Assembly (NCBI GenBank): GCA_016784145.1
Contig: JADHVF010000002.1
Location: 112,357-176,356 of the forward strand
Origin: Patescibacteria group bacterium
GTDB taxonomy: Bacteria; Patescibacteriota; Patescibacteriia; UBA2591; UBA6264
Direction: 5' to 3'
DNA: 64,000 nt
Shown: positions 1 to 9,850 of the stretch, piece by piece
How the letters are laid out: each line of letters begins with the position of its first letter
How positions within the stretch are numbered: the first letter of the stretch is position 1
Program-made: the position numbers and the translations under genes
Notes under the pieces: generated by a model
What the model saw: the letters and a program-made list of their open reading frames with translations, nothing else
Told to the model about the DNA's origin: nothing
Databases searched by the model: none

Positions 1-103
1 GAGAAAGGAAAGACAATTAAACAAGGCCAGACATTATTTAAGAATGATTTTAAAAAGATTAATAAAGGAAAAATTTTATTTCCAAAACTTTAATTAAATT
101 TAT

Positions 104-604
104 ATGGTATTTTTTGATTTAATCCTCCTTTTAATTTTATTTGGGTTTGTTTGGTTTGGTTTTTGGAATGGCTTTATTCAAACCATAGGAGGAATTATTA
201 GTTTAATAGTAGCTGTTTTTGTAGCCAGTAGATGGTATGATGTTATAGCGTTGCAAATTTTGCCGTGGCTGGGAGATAATTTTAATTTAGCGCGCTTATT
301 GGCTTTTATCGCTGTTTTTATTCTTGCTAGGTTTATTCTCTTTTTAATATTTAAGGCGATTAATAAATTTTTTGAATTACCTATTTTAAAGTTTTTCAAT
401 CGTTTAGCAGGAGCAGCCTTTGGTTTAATTGAAGGAGGATTAATTATTGGTCTTCTTTTATATTTTTCAACTAGTTTTCCAATTACAGGCTCTTGGAATG
501 AAATGATTGAAACTTCTATTTTAGCAGGATTTTTAATTCCTTTTGGAAAAGTTTTATTGCCATTATTACCAGCAGCATTAAAACAAGTTAAAGAAATATT
601 TTAA
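104..604 (+). CDS. cvpA: CvpA family membrane protein (colicin V production protein-like)
   Basis: 166 aa, four hydrophobic segments; N-terminal DLILLLIL...GFWNGFI and NRLAGAAFGLIEG match the CvpA pattern. Confidence 0.85.
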   Translation: MVFFDLILLLILFGFVWFGFWNGFIQTIGGIISLIVAVFVASRWYDVIALQILPWLGDNFNLARLLAFIAVFILARFILFLIFKAINKFFELPILKFFNRLAGAAFGLIEGGLIIGLLLYFSTSFPITGSWNEMIETSILAGFLIPFGKVLLPLLPAALKQVKEIF

Positions 605-616
605 TAATTGTATTAT

Positions 617-1939
617 ATGAAAAATTTAAAACTTAAATCATCAGTTGTTGTTATTGTTTTAATAAGCTTGATTGTAGGCGGATTGGCTGGCACAATATCA
701 GGCTTTTATGCTTTTAATTACTTGATGAACAATGAAACTCCTTTGCTACATTCTTTTTTGTATCAAACTTTTTTAAATCCTCTAACAGAAACACCCAAAA
801 AAATAAAAGAACAAACACAATCACCAATGGCCAGACAAATTATAGTTAATTATGATGAAATAGATGCTATTTCGGCTGTCAGTAATATTAGTCCTTCGGT
901 TGTTAGTATTGTTGTTTCAGAATATGTTACTCATTATTATGGATCACAAAGATTTAATTCTCCATTTTTTGATGATTTTTTTAATGATTTATGGGGATTC
1001 AGGGGTAATGAAATTCCTTTTCCAGCTCCTATTCAAGAGAAAAAGAAACAACCACAACAAGTTGGCGGTGGAACAGGTTTTGTGGTTTCTTCAAAGGAAA
1101 GATTAATTTTAACAAACAAGCATGTTGTGACAGGGAATGAAGCAGAATATACTGTTATAAGCAATAGTGGAGAAAAATATGATGCTGAAGTTTTGGCTCG
1201 TGATCCATTTAATGATATTGCTATTTTAAAAATTAATGATTTAAAATTCAATTTACCAGAAGTTAAATTTGGAAATTCAGATAAAATTAAAATAGGACAA
1301 ACAGTAATTGCAATTGGTAATTCTTTGGGAGAATATAGGAACACAGTAACCAAAGGAGTTGTGAGCGGAATTTCTCGCAGAGTTATTGCTAGTGATTCGA
1401 TTGGTCAATCAGAAGTATTGGAAGATGTTATTCAGACTGATGCGGCTATTAATTTTGGTAATTCAGGAGGCCCTTTAGTGGATTTAAATGGAGAGGTAGT
1501 AGGGATAAATACAGCTGTTAATAAACAGGGGCAGTTGATTGGATTTGCTATTCCAGTCAATCAAGCAACCAATGTTGTGGCTAGTGTTAAAAAATATGGC
1601 AGGATTATTAGGCCATATATAGGAGTGAGATATGTCTTAAATAATAAAAAAATAGCTCAAGAAAATAATTTGGATTATGACCATGGAGCCTTAATTATAA
1701 GAGGTGAGCAGGATACAGAATTGGCTATTATCCCAGGTTCTCCTGCTAATAAGGCTGGCTTGGTTGAAAATGATATTATTTTAGAAATAAATAATACAAA
1801 AATAACAGCTACAAACTCTTTAGCTAGAGAGATTCAAAAACATATGCCGGGAGACAAGGTCCAATTAAAGATTTATCATCAAGGAGAAATCAAAGAAATA
1901 GAGGTAGCCTTAGAAGAATATAAACAAGGAATGTTTTAA
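617..1939 (+). CDS. htrA: HtrA/DegP-family serine protease (N-terminal TM, trypsin domain, PDZ)
   Basis: LTNKHVV (His), DIAILK (Asp), TDAAINFGNSGGPL (Ser); PDZ GSPANKAGL; ATG 617 preferred over TTG 608. Confidence 0.93.
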   Translation: MKNLKLKSSVVVIVLISLIVGGLAGTISGFYAFNYLMNNETPLLHSFLYQTFLNPLTETPKKIKEQTQSPMARQIIVNYDEIDAISAVSNISPSVVSIVVSEYVTHYYGSQRFNSPFFDDFFNDLWGFRGNEIPFPAPIQEKKKQPQQVGGGTGFVVSSKERLILTNKHVVTGNEAEYTVISNSGEKYDAEVLARDPFNDIAILKINDLKFNLPEVKFGNSDKIKIGQTVIAIGNSLGEYRNTVTKGVVSGISRRVIASDSIGQSEVLEDVIQTDAAINFGNSGGPLVDLNGEVVGINTAVNKQGQLIGFAIPVNQATNVVASVKKYGRIIRPYIGVRYVLNNKKIAQENNLDYDHGALIIRGEQDTELAIIPGSPANKAGLVENDIILEINNTKITATNSLAREIQKHMPGDKVQLKIYHQGEIKEIEVALEEYKQGMF

Positions 1940-1957
1940 AATTTTTTATAAAAAATT

Positions 1958-3044
1958 ATGCAAGAATTAATTTTAGAATTAAAAGAGTTTAAAAAGAGGC
2001 TTCAAGAAATTGGAGAATATCTTTGACCTTGCTAATAAAAAAATAATTATTAAAAAAATCGAAGTTGAAATGACCTTGCCGAGTTTTTGGGAAGATAGGG
2101 TTAGAGCTGAAACAGAATCAAAAAAATTAGAAAAATTAAAACAAAATTTAGCCAAATACCAAAAAATAAAAGTAGAAGTAAATGATTTATTAGAAATATC
2201 TAATATAGACAAAATAGATCAAACAGTTAATTTAAGAAAAGAAATAGAAATACAATTTTCTAAAGTAAAAAAACAACTCCTTGATTTTGAAGAGTTGTGT
2301 TTTTTAAATGGAAAATACGACCAAGAAAATGCATGGTTGTCTATATTTGCTGGAGCAGGAGGAGATGATGCTCAGGATTGGGTTGAAATGCTTTTAAGAA
2401 TGTATTCAAAGTATGCTAAGCAAAAAGAATGGGATTTTAGAATTGTTGAAGAATCAAAAGGAACAGAAGCAGGACTTAAAAGCGTGGTAATAGAAGTGAG
2501 AGGAGATTTTGCTTATGGATTTTTAAAAAATGAAGCAGGAGTTCATCGTTTAGTTAGAATTTCTCCATTTGATGCTGAAAAAACGAGACATACATCTTTT
2601 GCAATGGTGCAAGTTTTACCAGAAATAGATGATATAGGAGTTGTTATTAAACAAGATGATTTAAAAGTTGATACTTTTTTATCGTCTGGACCAGGAGGAC
2701 AGCATATGCAAAAAACAGAGTCAGCTGTTCGAATTACTCATTTGCCAACTAAAATTTCAGCTAGTTCGCAAGTTGCTAGGTCTCAGTCTAAAAACAAAGA
2801 CAGGGCTTTAAAAATTTTAAAATCAAAATTATATCATTATTTTCAGGCAGTTAAACAAGAAGAAAAGGATATGATAAAAGGGGAATTTAAGTCAGCTTCA
2901 TGGGGAAATCAAATTCGTTCATATGTTTTGCATCCATATAAAATGGTTAAGGATTTAAGAACAAAATTTGAGACAAATGATGTGAATTCAATCTTAGATG
3001 GCAACTTAAATGAAATAATTGAAAGCAAATTAAAATTTAAATAA
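1958..3044 (+). CDS. prfB: Peptide chain release factor 2, translated via programmed +1 frameshift
   Basis: ATG 1958 gives MQELILELKEFKKRLQEIGEYL, then CTT TGA C at 2021-2027; the +1 frame continues DLANKK...; SPF (RISPFD) and GGQ (SGPGGQ) motifs present. Confidence 0.96.
2012..2027 (+). promoter_or_regulatory. RF2 autoregulatory +1 frameshift site
   Basis: GGAGAA TAT CTT TGA C versus E. coli AGGGGG TAT CTT TGA C. Confidence 0.92.
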
Positions 3045-3054
3045 TTATTATTAT

Positions 3055-4935
3055 ATGTGTGGAATAGTTGCCTGTATTGGCAAAAAAAATACAACAGAAA
3101 TTTTATTAAGAGGGTTAAAGCGATTAGAATATCGTGGTTATGATAGCGCTGGTTGTGCGGTTTTAAACAAAGGGAGAATTAAAGTTATTAAAGAAAAGGG
3201 AAGAGTTTTGTGGTTAGCTAAAAAAATTAAAATAGAGTCATTGGATGGAAGTTTAGGGATTAGTCATACTCGTTGGGCCACTCATGGAGAGCCAAACAAA
3301 ATTAATGCCCACCCCCATTTTGATTGTAAAAAAGAAATTTTTTTAGTGCATAATGGAATTATTGAAAATTACAAAACATTAAAATCATGGCTAAATAAAC
3401 GAGGTCATAAATTTTATTCTAATACAGATACAGAAGTAGTAGCTCACTTGATTGAAGAAAATTATCCTACGAGCAGGGGGACTAATACAAAAGATTCAGA
3501 AGGCAAAAATAATAATTTATTAATTGCTGTTCAGAAAGCACTGGCATTGGTTGAGGGAACTTATGGTTTGGCAATTATTTCATCTTTGGCTCTTGATAAA
3601 TTAATTGTGGCCAAAAAAGGGAGCCCTCTTGTTATTGGTATTGTTAAAAAGGGAAAATATATTGTTGCTTCAGATCCAGCAGCAATTATTGAACACACTA
3701 GAAAAGTTATTTATTTAAGTGACGGGGAAATTGCTATTTTGTCAAGCAAAGGATGCCAAATAACAGATTTAGAAAATAGAAATATTACAAAACAAATTGA
3801 TAAAGTGTCATGGGATTTATCTAAAATAGCTAAACAAGGATTTGATCATTTTATGCTTAAAGAAATATTTGAACAATCAGAATCAATAAAAAATTGTATA
3901 AGAGGAAGATGCCTAACAAAAGAAGCAAGAATACAGTTAGGAGGTATAAATGATTGGATTGATTTTTTAAAAAATGTTAATGGGTTTGTATTTTTGGCTT
4001 GTGGAACATCTTGGCATTCAGGGCTTATCGGAGAGTATTTATTTGAACACTTAACAGGTATTTTTAGTAAAACAGAATATGCTTCAGAGTTTAGGTATAA
4101 AAATACGCCAATTGATAAGCAAAAAGCATATTTTGTTCTTTCTCAATCAGGAGAAACAGCGGATACATTAGAATCATTAAGAAAAATAAAAGAAAATAAT
4201 GCAAATGTTTTTGGCATTGTAAATGTGGTTGGTTCAACTATTGCCAGAGAAACTGATGCGGGCGTTTATATTCATGCTGGCCCAGAGATAGGGGTTGCTT
4301 CAACAAAAGCTTTTACATGTCAGGTAGTTGTTTTAGCACAAATTGCAGTATTGCTGGGAATAAAAAGAGGCAGGATAAAACCATTAGAAGCAGCCACAAG
4401 AATTAAATCAATTGATAGTATTCCAGCCAAAATAAAACAAATATTAAATCAAAATAAACAGATTAAAAAATTAGCAACTAAATATTACAAGTTTAATAAT
4501 TTTCTTTATTTAGGCAGGGAGTACAACTTTCCAACTGCTCTTGAAGGAGCCTTAAAATTGAAAGAAATTTCGTATATTCACGCAGAAGGCTATCCAGCCG
4601 CAGAAATGAAGCATGGACCAATTGCGCTGATAGATAAAAATATGCCAGTAATAGTTGTAGCAACTGATACGGTTGATAATGTTTATCAAAAAGTAATTAA
4701 TAATATTGAAGAAGTTAAAGCCAGAGGAGGAATTGTTATTGCTATTGCTACTAAAGGTAATCAGGCCATAAAAAAGATAGTTGATGAAGTTATTTATGTT
4801 CCAAAAATAGATGGATTTTTGACTCCAATATTAAATGTTGTGCCGTTGCAACTTTTAGCATATCATATGGCTGTTTTAAGAGGTTGCGATGTGGACAAAC
4901 CAAGAAATTTAGCAAAGAGTGTAACAGTTGAATAA
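3055..4935 (+). CDS. glmS: Glutamine-fructose-6-phosphate transaminase (isomerizing)
   Basis: MCGIV N-terminus, RLEYRGYDSAG, HTRWATHG, SQSGETADT, C-terminal DKPRNLAKSVTVE. Confidence 0.98.
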   Translation: MCGIVACIGKKNTTEILLRGLKRLEYRGYDSAGCAVLNKGRIKVIKEKGRVLWLAKKIKIESLDGSLGISHTRWATHGEPNKINAHPHFDCKKEIFLVHNGIIENYKTLKSWLNKRGHKFYSNTDTEVVAHLIEENYPTSRGTNTKDSEGKNNNLLIAVQKALALVEGTYGLAIISSLALDKLIVAKKGSPLVIGIVKKGKYIVASDPAAIIEHTRKVIYLSDGEIAILSSKGCQITDLENRNITKQIDKVSWDLSKIAKQGFDHFMLKEIFEQSESIKNCIRGRCLTKEARIQLGGINDWIDFLKNVNGFVFLACGTSWHSGLIGEYLFEHLTGIFSKTEYASEFRYKNTPIDKQKAYFVLSQSGETADTLESLRKIKENNANVFGIVNVVGSTIARETDAGVYIHAGPEIGVASTKAFTCQVVVLAQIAVLLGIKRGRIKPLEAATRIKSIDSIPAKIKQILNQNKQIKKLATKYYKFNNFLYLGREYNFPTALEGALKLKEISYIHAEGYPAAEMKHGPIALIDKNMPVIVVATDTVDNVYQKVINNIEEVKARGGIVIAIATKGNQAIKKIVDEVIYVPKIDGFLTPILNVVPLQLLAYHMAVLRGCDVDKPRNLAKSVTVE

Positions 4936-4937
4936 AA

Positions 4938-5477
4938 ATGAAAAAAAAATTAGGCAAAATTCATGTTTATACTGGAAACGGAAAGGGCAAAACAACTGCT
5001 TGTCTTGGCAGTGCAGTCAGGGCAGTTGGTTGGGGATTGAAAGTCGGAATTATTTTTTTTGCTAAAGGAGGATTTGATTATGGAGAAAGAAATAGTTTAC
5101 TAAAAATAGGGATTGATTTTTGGGTAAATGGAATTTCTCATTTTAATAAAAATAAGAGTAAATATGATTTTAAAATAAGTAAACAGGACAAAACAGAGGC
5201 AATCAAAGGCATGATTATTCTGGAGCAAATTTTTAAAGAGAATCAATATGATTTAATAATTCTTGATGAAATAAATTTTGTTTTAAAAGAAAAAATGATT
5301 GATAAAGATTATTTTGTAAATTTATTAAAACATAAACCAAATAACATGGAATTAATTTTGACGGGCAGGGGAGCATTACCAGCCATAATAAAAATAGCTC
5401 ACCTGGTAACAGAAATGAAATTAATAAAACATTATTATTATCAAGGAGTTAAGGCTAGACAAGGAATAGAATATTAA
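4938..5477 (+). CDS. cobO: ATP:corrinoid adenosyltransferase, CobA/CobO/BtuR family
   Basis: HVYTGNGKGKTTA, YDLIILDEI, ELILTGR, LVTEM..IKH, ARQGIEY. Confidence 0.88.
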   Translation: MKKKLGKIHVYTGNGKGKTTACLGSAVRAVGWGLKVGIIFFAKGGFDYGERNSLLKIGIDFWVNGISHFNKNKSKYDFKISKQDKTEAIKGMIILEQIFKENQYDLIILDEINFVLKEKMIDKDYFVNLLKHKPNNMELILTGRGALPAIIKIAHLVTEMKLIKHYYYQGVKARQGIEY

Positions 5478-5504
5478 AGATTTTATTAAGAAATAAATAA
5501 AAAA

Positions 5505-6956
5505 ATGAAAATATTTTTATCTTTTATTGTAGGGGTTGCAATTACCTCTTTTTTGTTTATCCCAGCAATTGTTTATATTCCTTTATTTTTATTGATTTTA
5601 ATTATATTTGTGTTTATTAAACCAAAACAAGTATTGCCTGTTTTGGTTATTTTTTTATTTTTTATACTTGGCGTAATTCGTTATGAAATAAGCCTTCCAA
5701 AAATAGATAAAAATCATGTTAGTTTTTATAACAACCAAACAATTGTTTTTCAGGGAAAAGTTATTAAAGAGCCAATTAAGAGGATTGATAAATTAAAATT
5801 AATTATTGGCAATGTTTCTTTTCAGAAACATAAATTAAAAGGCAGAATATTAGTTAACGCGCCTGTTTTGTCTGATTACAAATACGGAGATATTTTAGAA
5901 GTTGAGTGTAATCTTAATCAATCTCAATCATCTGATAGATTTAATTATTATGAATGGCTTGCTAAAGATGATATTTATTTTAGTTGTTATTGGCCTAAAA
6001 TAAAAATTATTACCAGAAAGACAGGCAATTTTTTTTATGAAAAAATATTATTATTTAAATCTAATGCTAATAGTTTAATTAATAAAAATTTTTCTCAACC
6101 TCAGGGATCAATTTTGACCGCAATGTTGCTTGGCATTCGCCATCAAATACCACCCTTAACAAGAGATAATTTTAGTCAGGCAGGCATATCGCATATTCTG
6201 GCTATTTCAGGGCTTCACATTAGTATTATTTGTTTACTATTAATTACTTTTTTTGTAAACACATTGCATATTAGCCAAGCCAAATCTTTTTATTTAATGT
6301 GTTTTGCTATTTCTCTTTTTGTTTTATTGGTGGGAGCGCCAGTTTCAGCGGTCCGGGCAGCTATTATGGGGATTATTTTATCTTATGCAACCAAAATAGG
6401 GCGTCCTAAAAATTTTATGCAAACACTTGCTTTTGTTTGCGTTTTAATGCTACTGCTAAACCCAAGAGTTTTAAAATCTGATATAGGATTTCAATTATCT
6501 TTTATGGCTGTTTTAGGCATAGGAATGTTTAGAGATTATTTTAATCATATTTTTAGTCAAGTTCCAAACAACAATAAATTTCCATTAAGGTATTATTTAT
6601 CTATTACTTTGTCAGCTCAAATTTTTGTTTTACCATTAGTTTTGTATTGGTTTGGAAGCTTGTCTTTAATATCTTTATTATCTAATATTTTAATTTTGCC
6701 TTTATTATCATTTTTAATGATATTTGGTTTTCTTTTTATTTTTTTAGGATTGATTTTTCCTTGGTTGGTAAATTTTTTGTTATGGCCTGTATGGATATTA
6801 TTGACTTATGTTGTTTTAATAGCTAAAATTGGAGCAAATATTCCATATTTATCGTTTTATATCAAAGATTTTTCGTTTTTGGGAGTAATTGGGTTGTATG
6901 TCTTGATATTAATTTGGTTTTTTAAAATTAAAGGAATAACAAATCATAAATTATGA
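5505..6956 (+). CDS. comEC: ComEC/Rec2 DNA-uptake channel (DUF4131/OB and Competence domains)
   Basis: AGISHILAISGLHIS, SAVRAAIM, DIGFQLSFMA; many TM helices. Confidence 0.93.
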   Translation: MKIFLSFIVGVAITSFLFIPAIVYIPLFLLILIIFVFIKPKQVLPVLVIFLFFILGVIRYEISLPKIDKNHVSFYNNQTIVFQGKVIKEPIKRIDKLKLIIGNVSFQKHKLKGRILVNAPVLSDYKYGDILEVECNLNQSQSSDRFNYYEWLAKDDIYFSCYWPKIKIITRKTGNFFYEKILLFKSNANSLINKNFSQPQGSILTAMLLGIRHQIPPLTRDNFSQAGISHILAISGLHISIICLLLITFFVNTLHISQAKSFYLMCFAISLFVLLVGAPVSAVRAAIMGIILSYATKIGRPKNFMQTLAFVCVLMLLLNPRVLKSDIGFQLSFMAVLGIGMFRDYFNHIFSQVPNNNKFPLRYYLSITLSAQIFVLPLVLYWFGSLSLISLLSNILILPLLSFLMIFGFLFIFLGLIFPWLVNFLLWPVWILLTYVVLIAKIGANIPYLSFYIKDFSFLGVIGLYVLILIWFFKIKGITNHKL

Positions 6957-6966
6957 GAAATTATCC

Positions 6967-7866
6967 ATGTTAAGTAAAGAAATTTTTTTTAAAAAAAGTA
7001 TTTTTATTATTGGAATATTATTTTTAATAAGCCTTATTTTTTTAGGATATATTTATTGGCTGGCTTGTTTAAATGATACTAATTTAAGAGTAATTTTTTT
7101 AGATATTGGACAGGGTGATGCTACTTTAATTCAAACGCCAGCTCATCAAAATATCTTAATTGATGGTGGTCCTGATATAAATATTATTAATAAATTAGAC
7201 AAGTATATCTCTTTTGACAACAGAATTATAGATATAATTATTTTAACTCATACAGGACTAGATCACTTAACAGGATTAGTGGAGGTTTTAGAGCGATATC
7301 CAGTTAAGCAAATAATTAGCAATGGGCTTGACGACTCAAAGCCACTTGTTTATAAGTGGCAAAATCTTATTAAGAAAAAAAATATTCCACACAGAATTAT
7401 TGATGCTCCTATAGATATTAAGGTAGAAGAAAATGTTTTAATGAAATTTTTTTGGCCTCAGCAATCATTGGTTAAGGATTTTAAAGCAGATGATAATTTT
7501 ACCTCTATTGTAATGAAATTAGTTTATAAAAATAATAGTTTTTTGTTTACAGGAGATGCTACTAAAGAAACAGAAGCAGAGTTGATTAACAATGATATTG
7601 ATTTGTCTAGCGATGTTTTTAAGGCAGGCCATCACGGCTCAAAATATTCTTCAACCATGGATTTTTTAAAAAAAATTAATCCAAGTTATGGAGTTATTTC
7701 ATCAGGAGAAAATCAGTTTGGTCATCCTAGTTTGCGGGTTTTAAAAAATTTAACTCAATTAATACCATATGATAAAATTTTTAGAACAGATAAAAATGGG
7801 GATATAATATTTAAAACTAATGGGAATAATTTAGTTTTTCAATTACAAGATTCTTGGTTTCAATAA
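6967..7866 (+). CDS. ComEC-associated metallo-beta-lactamase-fold protein, encoded separately with its own N-terminal TM
   Basis: FLDIGQGDA, LIDGG, THTGLDH, FLFTGDA, GHHGS, FGHP, RTD..G motifs; directly follows comEC. Confidence 0.88.
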   Translation: MLSKEIFFKKSIFIIGILFLISLIFLGYIYWLACLNDTNLRVIFLDIGQGDATLIQTPAHQNILIDGGPDINIINKLDKYISFDNRIIDIIILTHTGLDHLTGLVEVLERYPVKQIISNGLDDSKPLVYKWQNLIKKKNIPHRIIDAPIDIKVEENVLMKFFWPQQSLVKDFKADDNFTSIVMKLVYKNNSFLFTGDATKETEAELINNDIDLSSDVFKAGHHGSKYSSTMDFLKKINPSYGVISSGENQFGHPSLRVLKNLTQLIPYDKIFRTDKNGDIIFKTNGNNLVFQLQDSWFQ

Positions 7867-7873
7867 ATAGACA

Positions 7874-7902
7874 TGGACAGATTTTAGAAAAAATGTTATA
7901 AT
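7874..7902 (+). promoter_or_regulatory. Sigma70-type promoter P1 upstream of tuf
   Basis: TGGACA (7874-7879), 17 nt spacer, TGnTATAAT (TATAAT 7897-7902). Confidence 0.6.
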
Positions 7903-7929
7903 ATTTTATAACATAATTAATAAATACAC

Positions 7930-7959
7930 TTGACATTGTATTTGTAATATTGTTATAAT
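7930..7959 (+). promoter_or_regulatory. Sigma70-type promoter P2 for the tuf-S10-spc operon
   Basis: TTGACA (7930-7935), 18 nt spacer, extended -10 TGnTATAAT (TATAAT 7954-7959); SD-like GAGGA at 8021-8025. Confidence 0.75.
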
Positions 7960-8034
7960 TATATTCACTAATAAACTAATAATTTGATTTGTAGATATTT
8001 TTTAACCTACAATCTAAAATGAGGAAAAATTAAT

Positions 8035-9240
8035 ATGGCAGCTAAAGAAAAATTCGAAAGAACAAAGCCGCATTTAAATGTTGGTACAATTGGTCATGTT
8101 GACCATGGCAAAACAGCTTTAACAGCGGCAATATTAAAAGTTTTAACAGCTTCTGGAGGAAAGGCTGAAACAAGAAGTGTTGATGAAATTGACAATGCTC
8201 CTGAAGAAAGAAGTAGAGGAATTACAATTTCGTTAGCTCATGTCGAGTATGAAACAGACAAAAGACATTATGCTCACATTGATTGTCCAGGACATGCTGA
8301 CTATGTTAAAAACATGGTTACTGGTGCAGCTCAAATGGATGGAGCTATTTTGGTTATTTCAGCCACTGATGGTCCAATGCCTCAAACAAGAGAGCATATC
8401 TTGCTGGCTAGACAAGTTGGAGTACCATCTATTGTCGTGTTTTTAAACAAGACAGACCAAGTTGAAGACAAAGAGTTGATTGAACTTGTTAAAGAAGAAG
8501 TTAAAGACATTCTTAAAAAGTATGAATTTCCAGGAGATGAGACCCCTATTATTGAAGGCTCGGCTACTAAAGCAATAGAATGTGGTTGTGGAAAAACAGA
8601 TTGCGAGCATTGTGGACCAATCTTAAAATTGCTTGATTCCCTTGATTCATATATTCCAGAACCAAAAAGAGATACAGAGAAACCATTTTTAATGCCAATT
8701 GAAGATATTTTTTCAATTGAAGGCAGGGGAACAGTTGTTACTGGAAAAATTGAAAAAGGAATTGTTAAATTAAATGATGAGATTGAAATTGTAGGATTAA
8801 GACCAACAACTAAAACAATTGTTACGGGCATAGAAATGTTTAGGAAGTCATTAGAAGAAGGGTTTGCTGGAGATAATGCAGGTATTCTTTTAAGAGGAAC
8901 TAAAAAAACAGACATTGAAAGAGGGCAAGTAATTGCTAAGCCAGGGACTGTTACTCCTCATACAGAATTTGATTGTCAGGTTTATATTTTATCCAAAGAA
9001 GAAGGGGGCAGACATACCCCATTTTTGGCTGGGTATAAGCCCCAGTTTTATATTAGAACAACTGATGTTACTGGCGAAGCGTTTTTACCAGAAGGAACTG
9101 AAATGGCTATGCCAGGGGATACATTAGACCTTAAGGTTAAACTCTATAAACCAATTGCACTTGAAGAAAAGCAAAGATTTGCAATTAGAGAAGGTGGGAG
9201 AACAGTTGGAGCAGGAGTTGTAACAAAGATAACCAAGTAA
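8035..9240 (+). CDS. tuf: Elongation factor Tu
   Basis: [26 protein letters not shown]-terminal [10 protein letters not shown]. Confidence 0.99.
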   Translation: MAAKEKFERTKPHLNVGTIGHVDHGKTALTAAILKVLTASGGKAETRSVDEIDNAPEERSRGITISLAHVEYETDKRHYAHIDCPGHADYVKNMVTGAAQMDGAILVISATDGPMPQTREHILLARQVGVPSIVVFLNKTDQVEDKELIELVKEEVKDILKKYEFPGDETPIIEGSATKAIECGCGKTDCEHCGPILKLLDSLDSYIPEPKRDTEKPFLMPIEDIFSIEGRGTVVTGKIEKGIVKLNDEIEIVGLRPTTKTIVTGIEMFRKSLEEGFAGDNAGILLRGTKKTDIERGQVIAKPGTVTPHTEFDCQVYILSKEEGGRHTPFLAGYKPQFYIRTTDVTGEAFLPEGTEMAMPGDTLDLKVKLYKPIALEEKQRFAIREGGRTVGAGVVTKITK

Positions 9241-9298
9241 TGTTTTGATTTAACAGTTAGAATATTAGTTTAGAAATGAATTAGTTTTTTATAATGTA

Positions 9299-9664
9299 AT
9301 GAAAAATAAAAGTAAGCAAAAAGACAAAATTGTTGCTAAAAAATTAGACAAGAAAGAATATAAACCAAAGATTCGTATCAAGGTCAAATCATATGACCAT
9401 AGAATTATAGATGAAGCAATTAAAAACATTATTGAATCTTTGAAGCATTTAGATGCTAAGATTATTGGCCCAATTTTTCTTCCAACTGAAAAAAGAAAAT
9501 ATACTGTTTTAAGGTCTTCTTTTGTTCATAAAGATTCAAGAGATCAATATGAAAAAAGAACCCACAAAAGGCTAATTGATATTATTGATTTTAACCCAAA
9601 AGTAATAGAAAAGCTGACAGGGTTAGATTTGCCTGCTGGAGTAGATATTGAAATAAAAATGTAG
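9299..9664 (+). CDS. rpsJ: 30S ribosomal protein S10 (basic N-terminal extension)
   Basis: KIRIKVKSYDH, GPIFLPT, HKDSRDQYE, THKRLIDI, LPAGVDIEIK. Confidence 0.97.
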   Translation: MKNKSKQKDKIVAKKLDKKEYKPKIRIKVKSYDHRIIDEAIKNIIESLKHLDAKIIGPIFLPTEKRKYTVLRSSFVHKDSRDQYEKRTHKRLIDIIDFNPKVIEKLTGLDLPAGVDIEIKM

Positions 9665-9700
9665 TGTTTTTATAAGATAAAAAGTTTTACAAATAAAATA

Positions 9701-9850
9701 GTTTTTAATTAAGATTAAAAAACCGTTTTAAAAAAACGAAGTGTTGATTTTAATTACATGACTCCATTGCCAAAGATTTAAAATTAAATTAATTTTATTG
9801 CCCGGATTTAGCCGGTAAATTATTTGGCTGTCCGGTTTTTTAATTAGCCA
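9701..9850 (+). promoter_or_regulatory. Structured rpsJ-rplC spacer (candidate r-protein leader/attenuator)
   Basis: Consecutive hairpins, the last GC-rich (CCGGA 9802-9806 / TCCGG 9831-9835) and followed by a T6 run. Confidence 0.5.

Noticed and set aside
2010-3044. prfB starting at TTG 2010, or prfB as a pseudogene
   Set aside because: The canonical CTT TGA C site and the upstream ATG 1958 explain it as a programmed frameshift.
8382-8915. 177-aa antisense ORF inside tuf, and similar shadow ORFs (e.g. 15598-16017, 23223-23741, 31235-31546, 44551-44928, 56951-57322)
   Set aside because: They overlap well-supported genes, have no recognisable motifs, and are expected from codon bias.
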